From contig CAVXGR010000012.1 in NCBI GenBank assembly GCA_963761335.1, forward strand, positions 608,001 through 672,000: 64,000 nucleotides of DNA. The letters run 5' to 3'. The first letter of the stretch is position 1. Each line of letters opens with the position of its first letter. The notes under the pieces were generated by a model, which was given only the letters and a program-made list of their open reading frames with translations, did not search any database and was not told the DNA's origin. Origin of the DNA: an uncultured delta proteobacterium. GTDB taxonomy: Bacteria; Desulfobacterota; Binatia; HRBIN30; BPIQ01. A program made the position numbers and the translations under genes. Shown here one piece after another: positions 20,561 to 29,649 of this stretch.

Positions 20561-20839
20561 TCACCGCGACTGGAGCCGGCGCGGACCACGGCGGCGGCCG
20601 CCGGCTTCGGCGTCGTACTGCCAGAAGCGGCGTATGCCGAAGTAGTAGCAGCACATGTCGTTGTCCATGTCGTTGTTGAAGGTGCGCTGCTGGCCGTCGC
20701 CGAACATGATGCGCACCAGGCAGGTCCCGCCGGGCACCGAGGAGGTCATCTCTTCGACGACCATGCCGTGACCCCACTCCTCGTAGTTCCGGTGCAGCAC
20801 CTTGTCGCCAAGGCGAAGATATAGGCGCTTGTCCTGCAT
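20561..20839 (-). CDS. DUF3553 / Tudor-like small protein
   Basis: GDKVLH....WGHG.V....VRIMFGDG resembles the PcrA/UvrD C-terminal Tudor-like domain. Confidence 0.7.
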   Translation of the reverse strand: MQDKRLYLRLGDKVLHRNYEEWGHGMVVEEMTSSVPGGTCLVRIMFGDGQQRTFNNDMDNDMCCYYFGIRRFWQYDAEAGGRRRGPRRLQSR

Positions 20840-21002
20840 GCAAAAGCTCGTGGGAGGCCTTTTTTTAGCACCATCGAAATTCGGGTTAAAGCCCTCGCTG
20901 CGGGCCGAGCCGCATGTCTCACAATCTTCTTCGCCCTCATTTCTTCCTTGACAGCAAAGTTCTGCGGAGCGACCCTAGCGAAAGTCCGTAGTTACCCTAG
21001 CC

Positions 21003-21755
21003 ATGGTTCGAGCCCTCTACCTCCTCTACGTCTACGCCGCGATCGGTTTCTGGACCGTCATGCTGGCGCCGTCGGCGCTGATCGTGCTCTTGGTCAGCGG
21101 CTCGCACCGCGCCTGTCACTGGCTGCACGCGCGCCTCTGGGGAAAGCTGATTCTCTCGTCCTGCGGGGTGCGCCTGCGCGTCCATGGCCTCGATCGCCTG
21201 GATCCCGGGGGATCCTACGTCTTCATGGTCAACCACGGCTCCCATTTCAGTGGCTGCGCCGTGGCCGCGGCCCTCCCGTTTCAGTGGCGGGCGGAGCTGG
21301 CGCGGCAGCTGCGCGCCCTTCCGATCCTCTCCCGCATCGTCCGCCTCGCCGGGCACCTCTTCGTGGAGAGTGAAGCCGAGCCGGGGCGAGCGGCAGACGC
21401 CGGCGCCGACGGCCATCTGGCCAGCGGCATCTCCGTGCTGGTGTTCCCGGAGGGCGCACCCTACGACGACCTCGGCCCCCTGCCCTTCCGCCGCGGCGGC
21501 TTCGAGCTTGCGATTCGCGCCGGCGCCCACATCGTGCCGCTGACCGTGGTCGAGAGCCGGCGACCGACGGCCCCCGGGCGCCTCATCGACCTCTTCGTCG
21601 ATCATCCGCTGCCCGCCGCCGAGCACGGCGCCGCGGAGATCTCGCGCCTCATGCGTTCGGTGAGCAGCTCGATGCAGCGGCACCTGCAGCCCGGCCGCCG
21701 GCAGACCGAATCCTCCGATTGGCCGGCGATCGCCCCGACACAGACCGCTCACTGA
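21003..21755 (+). CDS. PlsC-like lysophospholipid acyltransferase family protein (degenerate motif I)
   Basis: NH.S motif and VLVFPEG; PFRRGGF; the Asp of HxxxxD is absent. Confidence 0.75.
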   Translation: MVRALYLLYVYAAIGFWTVMLAPSALIVLLVSGSHRACHWLHARLWGKLILSSCGVRLRVHGLDRLDPGGSYVFMVNHGSHFSGCAVAAALPFQWRAELARQLRALPILSRIVRLAGHLFVESEAEPGRAADAGADGHLASGISVLVFPEGAPYDDLGPLPFRRGGFELAIRAGAHIVPLTVVESRRPTAPGRLIDLFVDHPLPAAEHGAAEISRLMRSVSSSMQRHLQPGRRQTESSDWPAIAPTQTAH

Positions 21756-21791
21756 TAGCACCGCGCCAAGGGCGCCCGGCCTCGCCGGCGC

Positions 21792-23579
21792 TCAGCTCGC
21801 CGCCTCACAGCGGCCGTCGTGACAGGTCCCGGGGCTGGCGCCGAGCTTGCAGGTGATGCCGTCGGGGGCAGGCTGGCTCTCGCAGCCGCTGTCCCCGTGG
21901 AAATCGTAGGTGCACGCATCGCCGTCGTCGCACGTCTCCGCAGGACAGTCCGCAGCCTCCGGCAGGCAGAAGGCGTGGATGGCGCTCGGCATCAGCGACG
22001 TCTGGAAGGCGGCCTCCGCCGGCGAGCCGCCGCGGGCTCCGGTGCCGGCGCCGACGAAGATCTCACCTTCGTCGACCGCGACCCCCGAGGAGACCGGGCC
22101 ACCGAGGTTGAAGCGCTTCAGCAGGGCGCCGCTGCTGGCGTCGAAGGCGTCCACGAACCCGGCGATGCTGCCGCTGAAGACCACTCCGGGGATCGCCGTG
22201 GTCGGCGAGAAGCTCGGCAGGACGTCGGCGTTCGACCAGAGGATCACACCATCGGCAGCGCCGAGCGCCCAGGCCGACGGCGACTGCAGCGCCTCGATCG
22301 ACACGCCGATGGCAGTTCCGAAGTAGACCCGGCCTTCGCCGGCGGCGGCGCTGGCGATGACACCGCCGATCGCCCCTCCGGGGACCACCTTGGTCGACCA
22401 GTAGGGCTCGACCCGTCCGCTCATCTCGTTCACCCCGTCGCGGTCGAGCAGATAATAGGTGCCGTCCTTGTTGCCGACCCCGACCACCTCGCGCGCGGCG
22501 CCGCCGATCTCGGCGGTGAACAGATTGGGCACGCCGCCGAAGGCCAGATCGTGGTTGTCGACCTGGCGCGGGCGCCACACCCAGGCCGGATCCCCGTCGA
22601 AGGTCAGGGCGAAGATCGCCTCGTCGTAGGGAGGCATCGGCGGCGGCGGCAGCAGGGTGTTCGGATCGCTGTCGGTGTCGCAGTTGCTGGAAGCCGTGTA
22701 CAGCAGCCGCCGCCCCGGATCGACGGCGAACGAGGACCAAACGTTGCCGCACCCCGTACCGCTGCGGTCGAAGTCGCATCCGGGGCGGCTGGCGAAGAAA
22801 TCCGCCGGCAGGCCGAGGGCGGCCGCGGAGTGGTAGCCGTCGAAGCGGTGCACCTGGTCGGCGGCATACGGCCGGCACGTCGCACCGCTCTCCAAATCGA
22901 AGAACCACACCAGGTGACCGTCCAGCGCATCGACGGCGTAGGCGCCGCCCTTGCCGCCGGCGTCGTCATTGACATCCATGCCGAAGTAGACGAGACCGCC
23001 GACCACCGTCGGCGAAGAGAGGACCTCATTGCGCTCCGTCTTGTCGTCGCAGGTGGTGCAGCCGGTGCCGGCGTCGAACTGCCACAGGAGCGCCCCGCTC
23101 GCCGCCTCCAGGCAGTACACGGTCATGCCGCCGGCCACGTAGACCCGCTGCCCGCCGTCGATGCGCGTGACCTCGGCCGACGAGGCCTGCGGAAAAGAGG
23201 CCCCGGGGTGCGGCTTCATGGCGAACCGCCAGACCGGCGTGCCGTTGGAGGCCCGCAGCGCGTAGACATAGCCGTCCCACGAGGCGGCGATGACCGTCCT
23301 GACCTCCCCCTCGTCCGGCAGCTCCAGCCGCGCCACCGTCGGCGATGCCGTGATCACGGCACCGGTCAGGTAGCGCCACTTCAGACGCATCGAGGCGACG
23401 TTGCCGGCGGCGATACGCGTCTCGTTGCCGTTGAAGAAGGTGCGCTGCTGGCTGTAGCCGTAGGTCGCCTCGACGGTGCTCGGCACCGCTTCGACGCGGT
23501 TGCCGGACTCGCCGCAGGCGCTGAGCAGCGCCATTGCCAGAACCGCGGCCGCCCAGCTGTCGAAGCGCACCCCCTGCAT
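21792..23579 (-). CDS. PQQ-type beta-propeller lipoprotein with Cys-rich C-terminus
   Basis: Lipobox LSAC; repeated YAL.A..G...W.F blades; C-terminal CDDGDACT repeat. Confidence 0.8.
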   Translation of the reverse strand: MQGVRFDSWAAAVLAMALLSACGESGNRVEAVPSTVEATYGYSQQRTFFNGNETRIAAGNVASMRLKWRYLTGAVITASPTVARLELPDEGEVRTVIAASWDGYVYALRASNGTPVWRFAMKPHPGASFPQASSAEVTRIDGGQRVYVAGGMTVYCLEAASGALLWQFDAGTGCTTCDDKTERNEVLSSPTVVGGLVYFGMDVNDDAGGKGGAYAVDALDGHLVWFFDLESGATCRPYAADQVHRFDGYHSAAALGLPADFFASRPGCDFDRSGTGCGNVWSSFAVDPGRRLLYTASSNCDTDSDPNTLLPPPPMPPYDEAIFALTFDGDPAWVWRPRQVDNHDLAFGGVPNLFTAEIGGAAREVVGVGNKDGTYYLLDRDGVNEMSGRVEPYWSTKVVPGGAIGGVIASAAAGEGRVYFGTAIGVSIEALQSPSAWALGAADGVILWSNADVLPSFSPTTAIPGVVFSGSIAGFVDAFDASSGALLKRFNLGGPVSSGVAVDEGEIFVGAGTGARGGSPAEAAFQTSLMPSAIHAFCLPEAADCPAETCDDGDACTYDFHGDSGCESQPAPDGITCKLGASPGTCHDGRCEAAS

Positions 23580-23638
23580 GCCCGCCTGGGCCGTAGCCCA
23601 GGCGCCGAGACGCTGTCAAGCGAAACGGTTGCCCGGTA

Positions 23639-24062
23639 GTGGAGGATTTTGAAATGAAACGCGGTCAACTTCGATCAACCACAACCCCCGCTTCGTTGAG
23701 TTGAACCCGACTTCCCCAGGTTGCATCTGTAGCCTTGAGCTCGGAGATCATTCGCCCCGGAGGGGCGCAGGCGTGTAGCCCCGGGTCGGAGACCCGGGGA
23801 TCCCGAAGTCAGACGTCCGTTGGCGCCCCGCCAGGGGCGCAGGCGCGGTTTTGACACAGGTCTCTGCACCCGGGCTTGCACGCCTGCGCCCCTGGCGGGG
23901 CGCACCGGGGAAGGCGGACCCGGGATCCCCGGGTCTCCGACCCGGGGCTACATGCCTGCGCCGCTTCGCGGCGCGATCCCCCAGCCCAAGGTAGGTCGTG
24001 GGGGATTTTGATTGGTAAGGAGATCATTGAAACGAAACGCGGTTGATCTCAAGATCCACCAC
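23639..24062. mobile_element. MITE-like element family A, copy 1 (424 bp)
   Basis: Imperfect TIRs GTGGAGGATTTTGAAAT / ATCTCAAGATCCACCAC flanked by TA on both sides; a closely similar copy lies at 25456-25913. Confidence 0.8.
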
Positions 24063-24108
24063 TACTGGTTGCCGGGAGTGCGGCAGCCAGGCTGCCGCGC
24101 CTCCGCAT

Positions 24109-25329
24109 CTACGAGGGCTGGTTGACCACCTCTTCGATCGCCGCCTCCCCGGCGTCGCCGGCGATCAGCTCCATCTCGCCGGTGCGCAGCACGCGAAAGC
24201 GGCGGCCGCTCCACCACACGGTGTTGCCGGCGAAGGCGGTGAAGAACACCGCCGACATGAACAGGTCCTTGACCGGCACCAGGGCGATCTGCGGCAGCCG
24301 CAGATCGCTGCGCAGAAACCGCCAGGAGATCAGGCCGACGCTGGCCATCCGCCAGGCGACCAGCGCCATCGAGGCGCAGATTGCCGCGGCGCTGAAACCG
24401 CCGACCACGAGGTTGAGCAGCGCAAACAAGGTGCCGTGGGTGACCACGGTGGCGAAGTAGCTCAGCGGACGGACGCTGCGAAAGGTGCGCGCCCAGCGCA
24501 GCTGGTGCTGGAAGAGCCGCTTGAGCGAGCCGAGACTGAGGACCGTCTCGACGACGCAGTCGCTGAGCCACAGCTTCAGCCCGCGACTCGCCACCCGGTG
24601 ACCGAGGAAGTAGTCGTCGGCGAGCAGGTCGGCAACGGCGCGGAAGCCGCCGATCTGCTCCAGCGTCGAACGGCGGATGGCCATGCTGGCGCCGAAGGCA
24701 TAGGTCGGCTGCTCGACGACGCGGGCGACCAGAACCTGATGGCAGAAGTCGGTGTTGATGAAGAGAGCGTCGAGCTCGGTGGCCAGGCCGTCGGCCGCCA
24801 CGGCGCGGTAGAGACAGCTGACCAGCCCGATGCTCTCGTCGCGCAGCGGCGCCACCACACGCGCCAGGTAGTCCGGCGGAACGCGAATGTCGCTGTCGGA
24901 GAGGACGATGACCTCGTGCTTCGCCTCGGCCATCATATTGATCAGGTTCGAGACCTTGTAGTTGGTCCCGTGGATGCGGCCGTCGATCACCAGGGCGATG
25001 TCGAGATCCCGAAACTCGCGCTGCAGGCGGCGCACCACGGCGGCCGCCGGGTCGCTCGCCGAAGCGACGCCGCAGACGATCTGGAAGCGCGGATAGGCCT
25101 GGCGACAGAAGGTGCGCAGGTTCTCGTAGAGGTCGCGGTCGAGCCCCTTGAGCGGCTTGAGAATCGTCACTCCCGGGGACCAGCCGTCGCTGGGGCAGTC
25201 CTCGGGGCGCCGCTGCCGGAAGAATGACCAGGCGCCGTATGCGGCCATTCCGTAGAACCACGCCGCCACAGCCATCCCGATCCACACCACCAGCTGTATC
25301 ACCGATAGATCCGCCACGATCTTGGTCAT
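24109..25329 (-). CDS. hpnI: Hopanoid biosynthesis glycosyltransferase HpnI (ceramide glucosyltransferase-like)
   Basis: ILKPLKG, N.KVSNL, SDSDI, LADDY.LG and HQLRWART motifs. Confidence 0.85.
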   Translation of the reverse strand: MTKIVADLSVIQLVVWIGMAVAAWFYGMAAYGAWSFFRQRRPEDCPSDGWSPGVTILKPLKGLDRDLYENLRTFCRQAYPRFQIVCGVASASDPAAAVVRRLQREFRDLDIALVIDGRIHGTNYKVSNLINMMAEAKHEVIVLSDSDIRVPPDYLARVVAPLRDESIGLVSCLYRAVAADGLATELDALFINTDFCHQVLVARVVEQPTYAFGASMAIRRSTLEQIGGFRAVADLLADDYFLGHRVASRGLKLWLSDCVVETVLSLGSLKRLFQHQLRWARTFRSVRPLSYFATVVTHGTLFALLNLVVGGFSAAAICASMALVAWRMASVGLISWRFLRSDLRLPQIALVPVKDLFMSAVFFTAFAGNTVWWSGRRFRVLRTGEMELIAGDAGEAAIEEVVNQPS

Positions 25330-25455
25330 CCGCCTCCGCTTAACCCACCGGTCAGGCGCGTCTCAAAAAAAAGCCCGCGCAACGCCGGTGCGGGTGATCT
25401 GGCGTCTGCTCTATCTCCCCGCCCGACCGGAGTCAATTGCCCCCCGGGGACGGTA

Positions 25456-25913
25456 GTGGGGGATTTCGAAATGAAACGCGGTCAACTTCGCTCCACCACA
25501 ACCCCGCTTCGTCGAGTTGAACCCGACTTCCCCAGGTTGCATCTGTGGCCGGGAGCGAGGAGGTCATTCGCCCCGGAGGGGCGCAGGCGTGTAGCCCCGG
25601 GTTGGAGACCCGGGGAGCCCGAAGTCAACGTCTGTTGGCGCCCCGCCAGGGGCGCGGGCGCGGTTTTGACACAGGCCTCTGCCCCCCGGGCTTGCACGCC
25701 TGCGCCCCTGGCGGGGCGCATCGGGGAAGGCGGACCCTCGATCCCCGGGTCTCCGACCCGGGGCTACATGCCTGCGCCGCTTCGCGGCGCGATCCCCCAG
25801 CCCATGCCTGCGCCGCTCGCGGCGCGATCCCCCAGCCCAAGTTGGGTCGTGGGGGATTTTGACCGATAAGGATGATTTCGAAATGAAACGCGGTTGATCT
25901 CAAGATCCACCAC
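25456..25913. mobile_element. MITE-like element family A, copy 2 (458 bp)
   Basis: Same TIRs and TA flanks as copy 1; extra ~34-bp internal duplication of atgcctgcgccgc...gatcccccagccc. Confidence 0.8.
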
Positions 25914-25950
25914 TACTCCGGGGACCGCGGCCGTTTCTGCCGCAAGCGGC

Positions 25951-27681
25951 TCACGCCGCCATGCGACCTGCCATGCGCAGCGCCAAGGCGATGATGGTCA
26001 GGGTCGGGTTGTAGCCGGAGCTGCTGGCAAAGACGCCGCCGTCGGCGCAGTAGAGATTGTCGAGGTCGTGGAACTTGCCGAAGGCGTCGCACACCGACGA
26101 CTGCGGATCGTTTCCCATGCGCAGAGTGCCCATGACGTGCCGCGACTGCGAGGGGTTGTCGGGTGGCGCGATGAAGCCGAACTGCGCCCCGGCGCGGCCG
26201 AGCACCTCGACCATCTTCGGCTTGTAGTAGTCGGCGGCGTCGAGCTCGTAGCGGTGGCTGCTGTAGGTCACCCGCGGCACCGGCAGGCCGTAGACGTCGC
26301 GCACCTCGGGATCGAGGTCGACGCGGTTGGACAGCTGCGGGGCGTCCTCCGCCTGCATCTCCATCACGGCGATGTGATCGCGGAAGGGGCTCTCGAGCAT
26401 CAGCCGCTTCAGCGTCACCCCGGGCGCGATCTGGCGCGCAATGGCCACCACGTCGACGTTGCTCTTGGCCTCGACGATCACCTCCGAGTTGGTGCCGAAC
26501 TCGATGATGCCGCCGAGCGGCCGGCCCTCCTCGGCCAGCGCCGTTCCTCCCGGAGCCACGCCGCGGAAGTCGCTCATGCCGTTGGTGACCGACTGGCCGC
26601 GCTCGCCGTGCAGCCGCTGCCGAAAGATGCCGACCGCGATCGTCTGGCGGTGGAACATCAGATTGCGCCCCACCATGCCGCTGCTGTTCCCCAAGCCGTC
26701 GCCACCCGGATCGGACAGCAAGCAGAGGCGCGCACTCTCGATCGGGCTGGCGGCGAGCACGAAGCGGTCGGCGGACACCGTCTGCGGCGCGCCGCTGTCG
26801 TCGATGTACTCGACCCCGGTGACCTGGCGGCCGCTGAAGATCAGCCGCGTCGCGAAGCAGTTGTAGCGCACCTGGCAGCGCCCGCTCAGCAGGGCCTTGC
26901 GCAGAGTGGTGACCGCCCCCGATCCCTTCGAGTTGTTGGGGCAACCGTAGCCGCTGCACAGGCCGCAGCTCACGCAGGCCGGACGACCGTCGTAGGGGCG
27001 AGTGTTGATCGCCGCCGGGTAGTTGAACGGCGTGTACCCCGCCAGTCGGGCACCCTCGGAGAGCACCAGGGCGACGTACATGGGCGCGTTCGCCGGCATC
27101 GGAAACCCGGCGCTGCGCCGCGAGGCAAAGGGATCGTCGCCCGTCTCGCCGCCGCCGCCGGAGACTCCGGAGAGGCGCTCCGCCTCGACGTAGAACTCCT
27201 CGAGCTCGTCGTAGGACAGCGGCCAGTCCGCGAAGTTGGCGCCGTCGTATACTCGGCCGGCGTCGCGCAGCGCCGATGCCAGGCGGAAGTCGATCTCGTT
27301 GAGGCGCGGCGTCTTCATGTCGGCGTGCACCCAGGCGCCGCCGACCGTCCGACCGAGGGTGTTCACGTCGGGGTGCGGCTGCGCCGCGGCGCTCTCGCTC
27401 TGCCGATAGGTGCGCGGCTCCAGGATCGGATCCTGCGTGCCGAAATAGCGGTAGGTCATCTTCAGCTCGTCGCTGCCGAAGAGCGGCACCGGCATCCCCG
27501 CTCGCGGGTCGTCGAGTCCGGGGAAGTAGTTGTTCCCCGCCTCCAGCACCAGCACGTTGAGCCCGGCGGCGGTGAGCACGTGCGCCGTCGCCGAGCCGCC
27601 CGGCCCGCTGCCGACGATCACCGCGTCGAAGCGGCTGAGCGCGGTGTTGCCGAGAACCCCGTCGACTGCCGAGCCGCTCAC
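25951..27681 (-). CDS. GMC-family FAD oxidoreductase (gluconate 2-dehydrogenase flavoprotein-like)
   Basis: GSGPGG dinucleotide fold, CVSCGLCSGYGC, H.MGT.RMG and NPTLTI; GTG start overlaps the upstream stop. Confidence 0.9.
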   Translation of the reverse strand: MSGSAVDGVLGNTALSRFDAVIVGSGPGGSATAHVLTAAGLNVLVLEAGNNYFPGLDDPRAGMPVPLFGSDELKMTYRYFGTQDPILEPRTYRQSESAAAQPHPDVNTLGRTVGGAWVHADMKTPRLNEIDFRLASALRDAGRVYDGANFADWPLSYDELEEFYVEAERLSGVSGGGGETGDDPFASRRSAGFPMPANAPMYVALVLSEGARLAGYTPFNYPAAINTRPYDGRPACVSCGLCSGYGCPNNSKGSGAVTTLRKALLSGRCQVRYNCFATRLIFSGRQVTGVEYIDDSGAPQTVSADRFVLAASPIESARLCLLSDPGGDGLGNSSGMVGRNLMFHRQTIAVGIFRQRLHGERGQSVTNGMSDFRGVAPGGTALAEEGRPLGGIIEFGTNSEVIVEAKSNVDVVAIARQIAPGVTLKRLMLESPFRDHIAVMEMQAEDAPQLSNRVDLDPEVRDVYGLPVPRVTYSSHRYELDAADYYKPKMVEVLGRAGAQFGFIAPPDNPSQSRHVMGTLRMGNDPQSSVCDAFGKFHDLDNLYCADGGVFASSSGYNPTLTIIALALRMAGRMAA

Positions 27682-28607
27682 GCCGCCACTCCGATGCACT
27701 GCGGCTCGGTGAACTCGCGGAAATGATCCTGGCCTCCGAGAAGCGCGCGCAGCACCGACTCGACGTCGGCGCTCAAGCCGGCGCAGGTCTCGCCGGGGTT
27801 GGGAGACGAGTCGGGCATGTCGGCGCGGTCCACGTAGGTGCCGGTGGCCTCGTCGAAGCCGAAGATGTAGCCGAGCGGCTGGCTGTCGCCGCCGTAGCCG
27901 CTCAGCTGCCAGCCGGCGAGCTCGCGATTGCCGCCGTACTCCGGCGCCGCGAACATTCCCTCGAGGGTGTGCTGCAGGAGAACGTCGGCAAAGGAGCTGG
28001 CGCCGCTGCTCTGCAGCACCTGATCCTGGTCGTCCGGAGCGAGCTCGACGAAGGGCGCCGAGAACTGCTCCATGGCGATCGCGTCGAGCGCCTGCACGCC
28101 GCTGCGATAGGTGTCCTGCAGGCCGACGAGGACATCCGGCGTTCCCATCGCCAGCGGGTTGCCGGCGAGCTCGTCGATGTCGGCGGCGCCGTGCAGGCGC
28201 GCCGTCCAGGCGAGGCGCTGCACCCGGGTGAGGGGAACGAAGTCGCGGAAGGAGTCCGGCGGATACTGGGCCGAGGGCGCCATCGCCTGCACGTCCAGAT
28301 AGGGGTTGCGCCCGCTGAACGGCCCGCCGGCAAACACCATTGGCGCGGGGCCTTCGGGCTCGAGGCTGAGGAGCCCCTGGATGTAGTCGACCACTCCGGC
28401 GTCTCGGGCTCCCGGACCGCTGGCGTCGCCGGGGAAGAGGCGCTCGCTGGCGGCATCGACGACGGCCAGCTCCTCGTCGGTGAGGAACGGCGTAGCCGAT
28501 GGCGCCGTCGCCGCTCCCGAGGGCACGCGGCCGCCACAGCCCGGCAGCAGCAGCCCGGCGGCTCCTGCCGCCGTCAGCTGCAACATCTGTCTTCGGGTGA
28601 GATCCAC
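27678..28607 (-). CDS. Gluconate 2-dehydrogenase subunit 3 family protein (Tat, probable lipoprotein)
   Basis: TRRQML twin-arginine signal, LPGC lipobox, PGA.DAGVVDYI and EGMF..PEYGGN....GW. Confidence 0.85.
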   Translation of the reverse strand: MDLTRRQMLQLTAAGAAGLLLPGCGGRVPSGAATAPSATPFLTDEELAVVDAASERLFPGDASGPGARDAGVVDYIQGLLSLEPEGPAPMVFAGGPFSGRNPYLDVQAMAPSAQYPPDSFRDFVPLTRVQRLAWTARLHGAADIDELAGNPLAMGTPDVLVGLQDTYRSGVQALDAIAMEQFSAPFVELAPDDQDQVLQSSGASSFADVLLQHTLEGMFAAPEYGGNRELAGWQLSGYGGDSQPLGYIFGFDEATGTYVDRADMPDSSPNPGETCAGLSADVESVLRALLGGQDHFREFTEPQCIGVAA

Positions 28608-28678
28608 GCGCCCCCCTTGCCTGCCAGCCTTCTAGAAACGAAACCCCCGCCTTGTCAACGCGAGCCCGGGCGACGGTG

Positions 28679-28779
28679 GTGTCCCAAAATTGCCGATCCG
28701 ACCTTCCTGTTGTGCTTCCCCGGCTCGGGGAAAGGTCTCCTCTCCCCGCATTCTTTTCCGCGGGGAGAGGATCAAGGTG
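28679..28779 (-). repeat. Partial inverted copy of MITE family B with a cctctccccgc hairpin
   Basis: gtgtcccaaaattgccgatccgac resembles the reverse complement of the 61644 end; contains cctctccccgc..gcggggagagg. Confidence 0.55.
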
Positions 28780-28950
28780 TCTATGATTTCTGCGACGTTC
28801 AAAGAGATCGGCGCCAGAAATCGCGGCAATGGACTCACGCGACGGCGCCACGGAGCAACGCCAAGGACAAAGCGTGGCGGCGTAGCGCCGTTGCGTGAAC
28901 CATTCCCTTTCTCTGCGCCCTCTCTTTCCCCTCGGCGTCCTCGGCGGCCG

Positions 28951-29520
28951 TCACTTGGCCCGCGAGATGAAGCGTCCCTCGCGGGTGTCGACCTCCACCG
29001 CCTCGCCCGACTCGAGGTAGCTGGGGACCTGGATGACCAGCCCGGTCTCCAGAGTCGCCGGCTTGGTCTGCGCCTGGGCCGTGGCGCCTTTGAGCGCCGG
29101 GTCGGTCTCGCGGATGCGCAGCACCACCGTCAGCGGCAGCTCGATACTCATCACCTGGCCGTTGAAGACGATGGAGCGGATTCCCTCCAGCCCCTCGATC
29201 AGATAGCCGGCGTCGTCGCCGAGATCCTCGGCGCTGAGCGAGAACTGCTCGTAGGAGCCGCCGTCCATGAAGTGATAGCCGTCGGTGTCGGCGTACAGGT
29301 ACTGCACCGGGCGCAGCTCGAGCTGCGCCTCGGCCACCTTGTCGCTGGCCTTGAAGCTGCGATCGAAGACCCGGCCGGTGCGCAGGTTGCGCACCTTGGC
29401 CTTCACCAGGGTCGAGGCACCGCGCGCCGACGGCGACTGAAAACGCACGTCGAGAATGACGTACGGATCGCCCTCGAGCTCGATCCGCCCGTGTCGCTTG
29501 AACTCACTCGCATTGAGCAT
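28951..29520 (-). CDS. Elongation factor P family protein with an EfpL/YeiP-type loop (PSARG)
   Basis: Three-domain EF-P sequence (QYLY, KPATLETG..VP..L..GE...VDTR); loop reads QSPSARGAS instead of KPGKG. Confidence 0.9.
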   Translation of the reverse strand: MLNASEFKRHGRIELEGDPYVILDVRFQSPSARGASTLVKAKVRNLRTGRVFDRSFKASDKVAEAQLELRPVQYLYADTDGYHFMDGGSYEQFSLSAEDLGDDAGYLIEGLEGIRSIVFNGQVMSIELPLTVVLRIRETDPALKGATAQAQTKPATLETGLVIQVPSYLESGEAVEVDTREGRFISRAK

Positions 29521-29557
29521 CCCGTCTGTGTAGCGCGACTCTCCGAAAAAATCACGC

Positions 29558-29603
29558 ACAACCTAACAACCTAACAACCTAACAACCTAACAACCTACAA
29601 CCC
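29558..29603. repeat. Tandem 8-mer (ACAACCTA) array, about 5 units
   Basis: acaacctaacaacctaacaacctaacaacctaacaaccta. Confidence 0.9.
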
Positions 29604-29649
29604 CCGCTTCCCTTGCGCCGCCGACTCACTTCGGTATGTTCCAGCGCCA

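Noticed and set aside
23675..25903. Short ORFs within the MITE/REP elements as transposases
   Set aside because: Low-complexity translations of palindromes with no DDE or HUH motifs.
25951..28851. 966-aa single ORF, and similar N-terminally extended ORFs (11326, 13790, 30123, 37801, 40749, 50407)
   Set aside because: The extensions overlap upstream genes or repeats; true starts were placed at motif-supported positions.
29558..29603. Telomere-like repeat or replication iteron
   Set aside because: The 8-mer units are dispersed at several spacers in degenerate forms; no Rep gene or origin features nearby.
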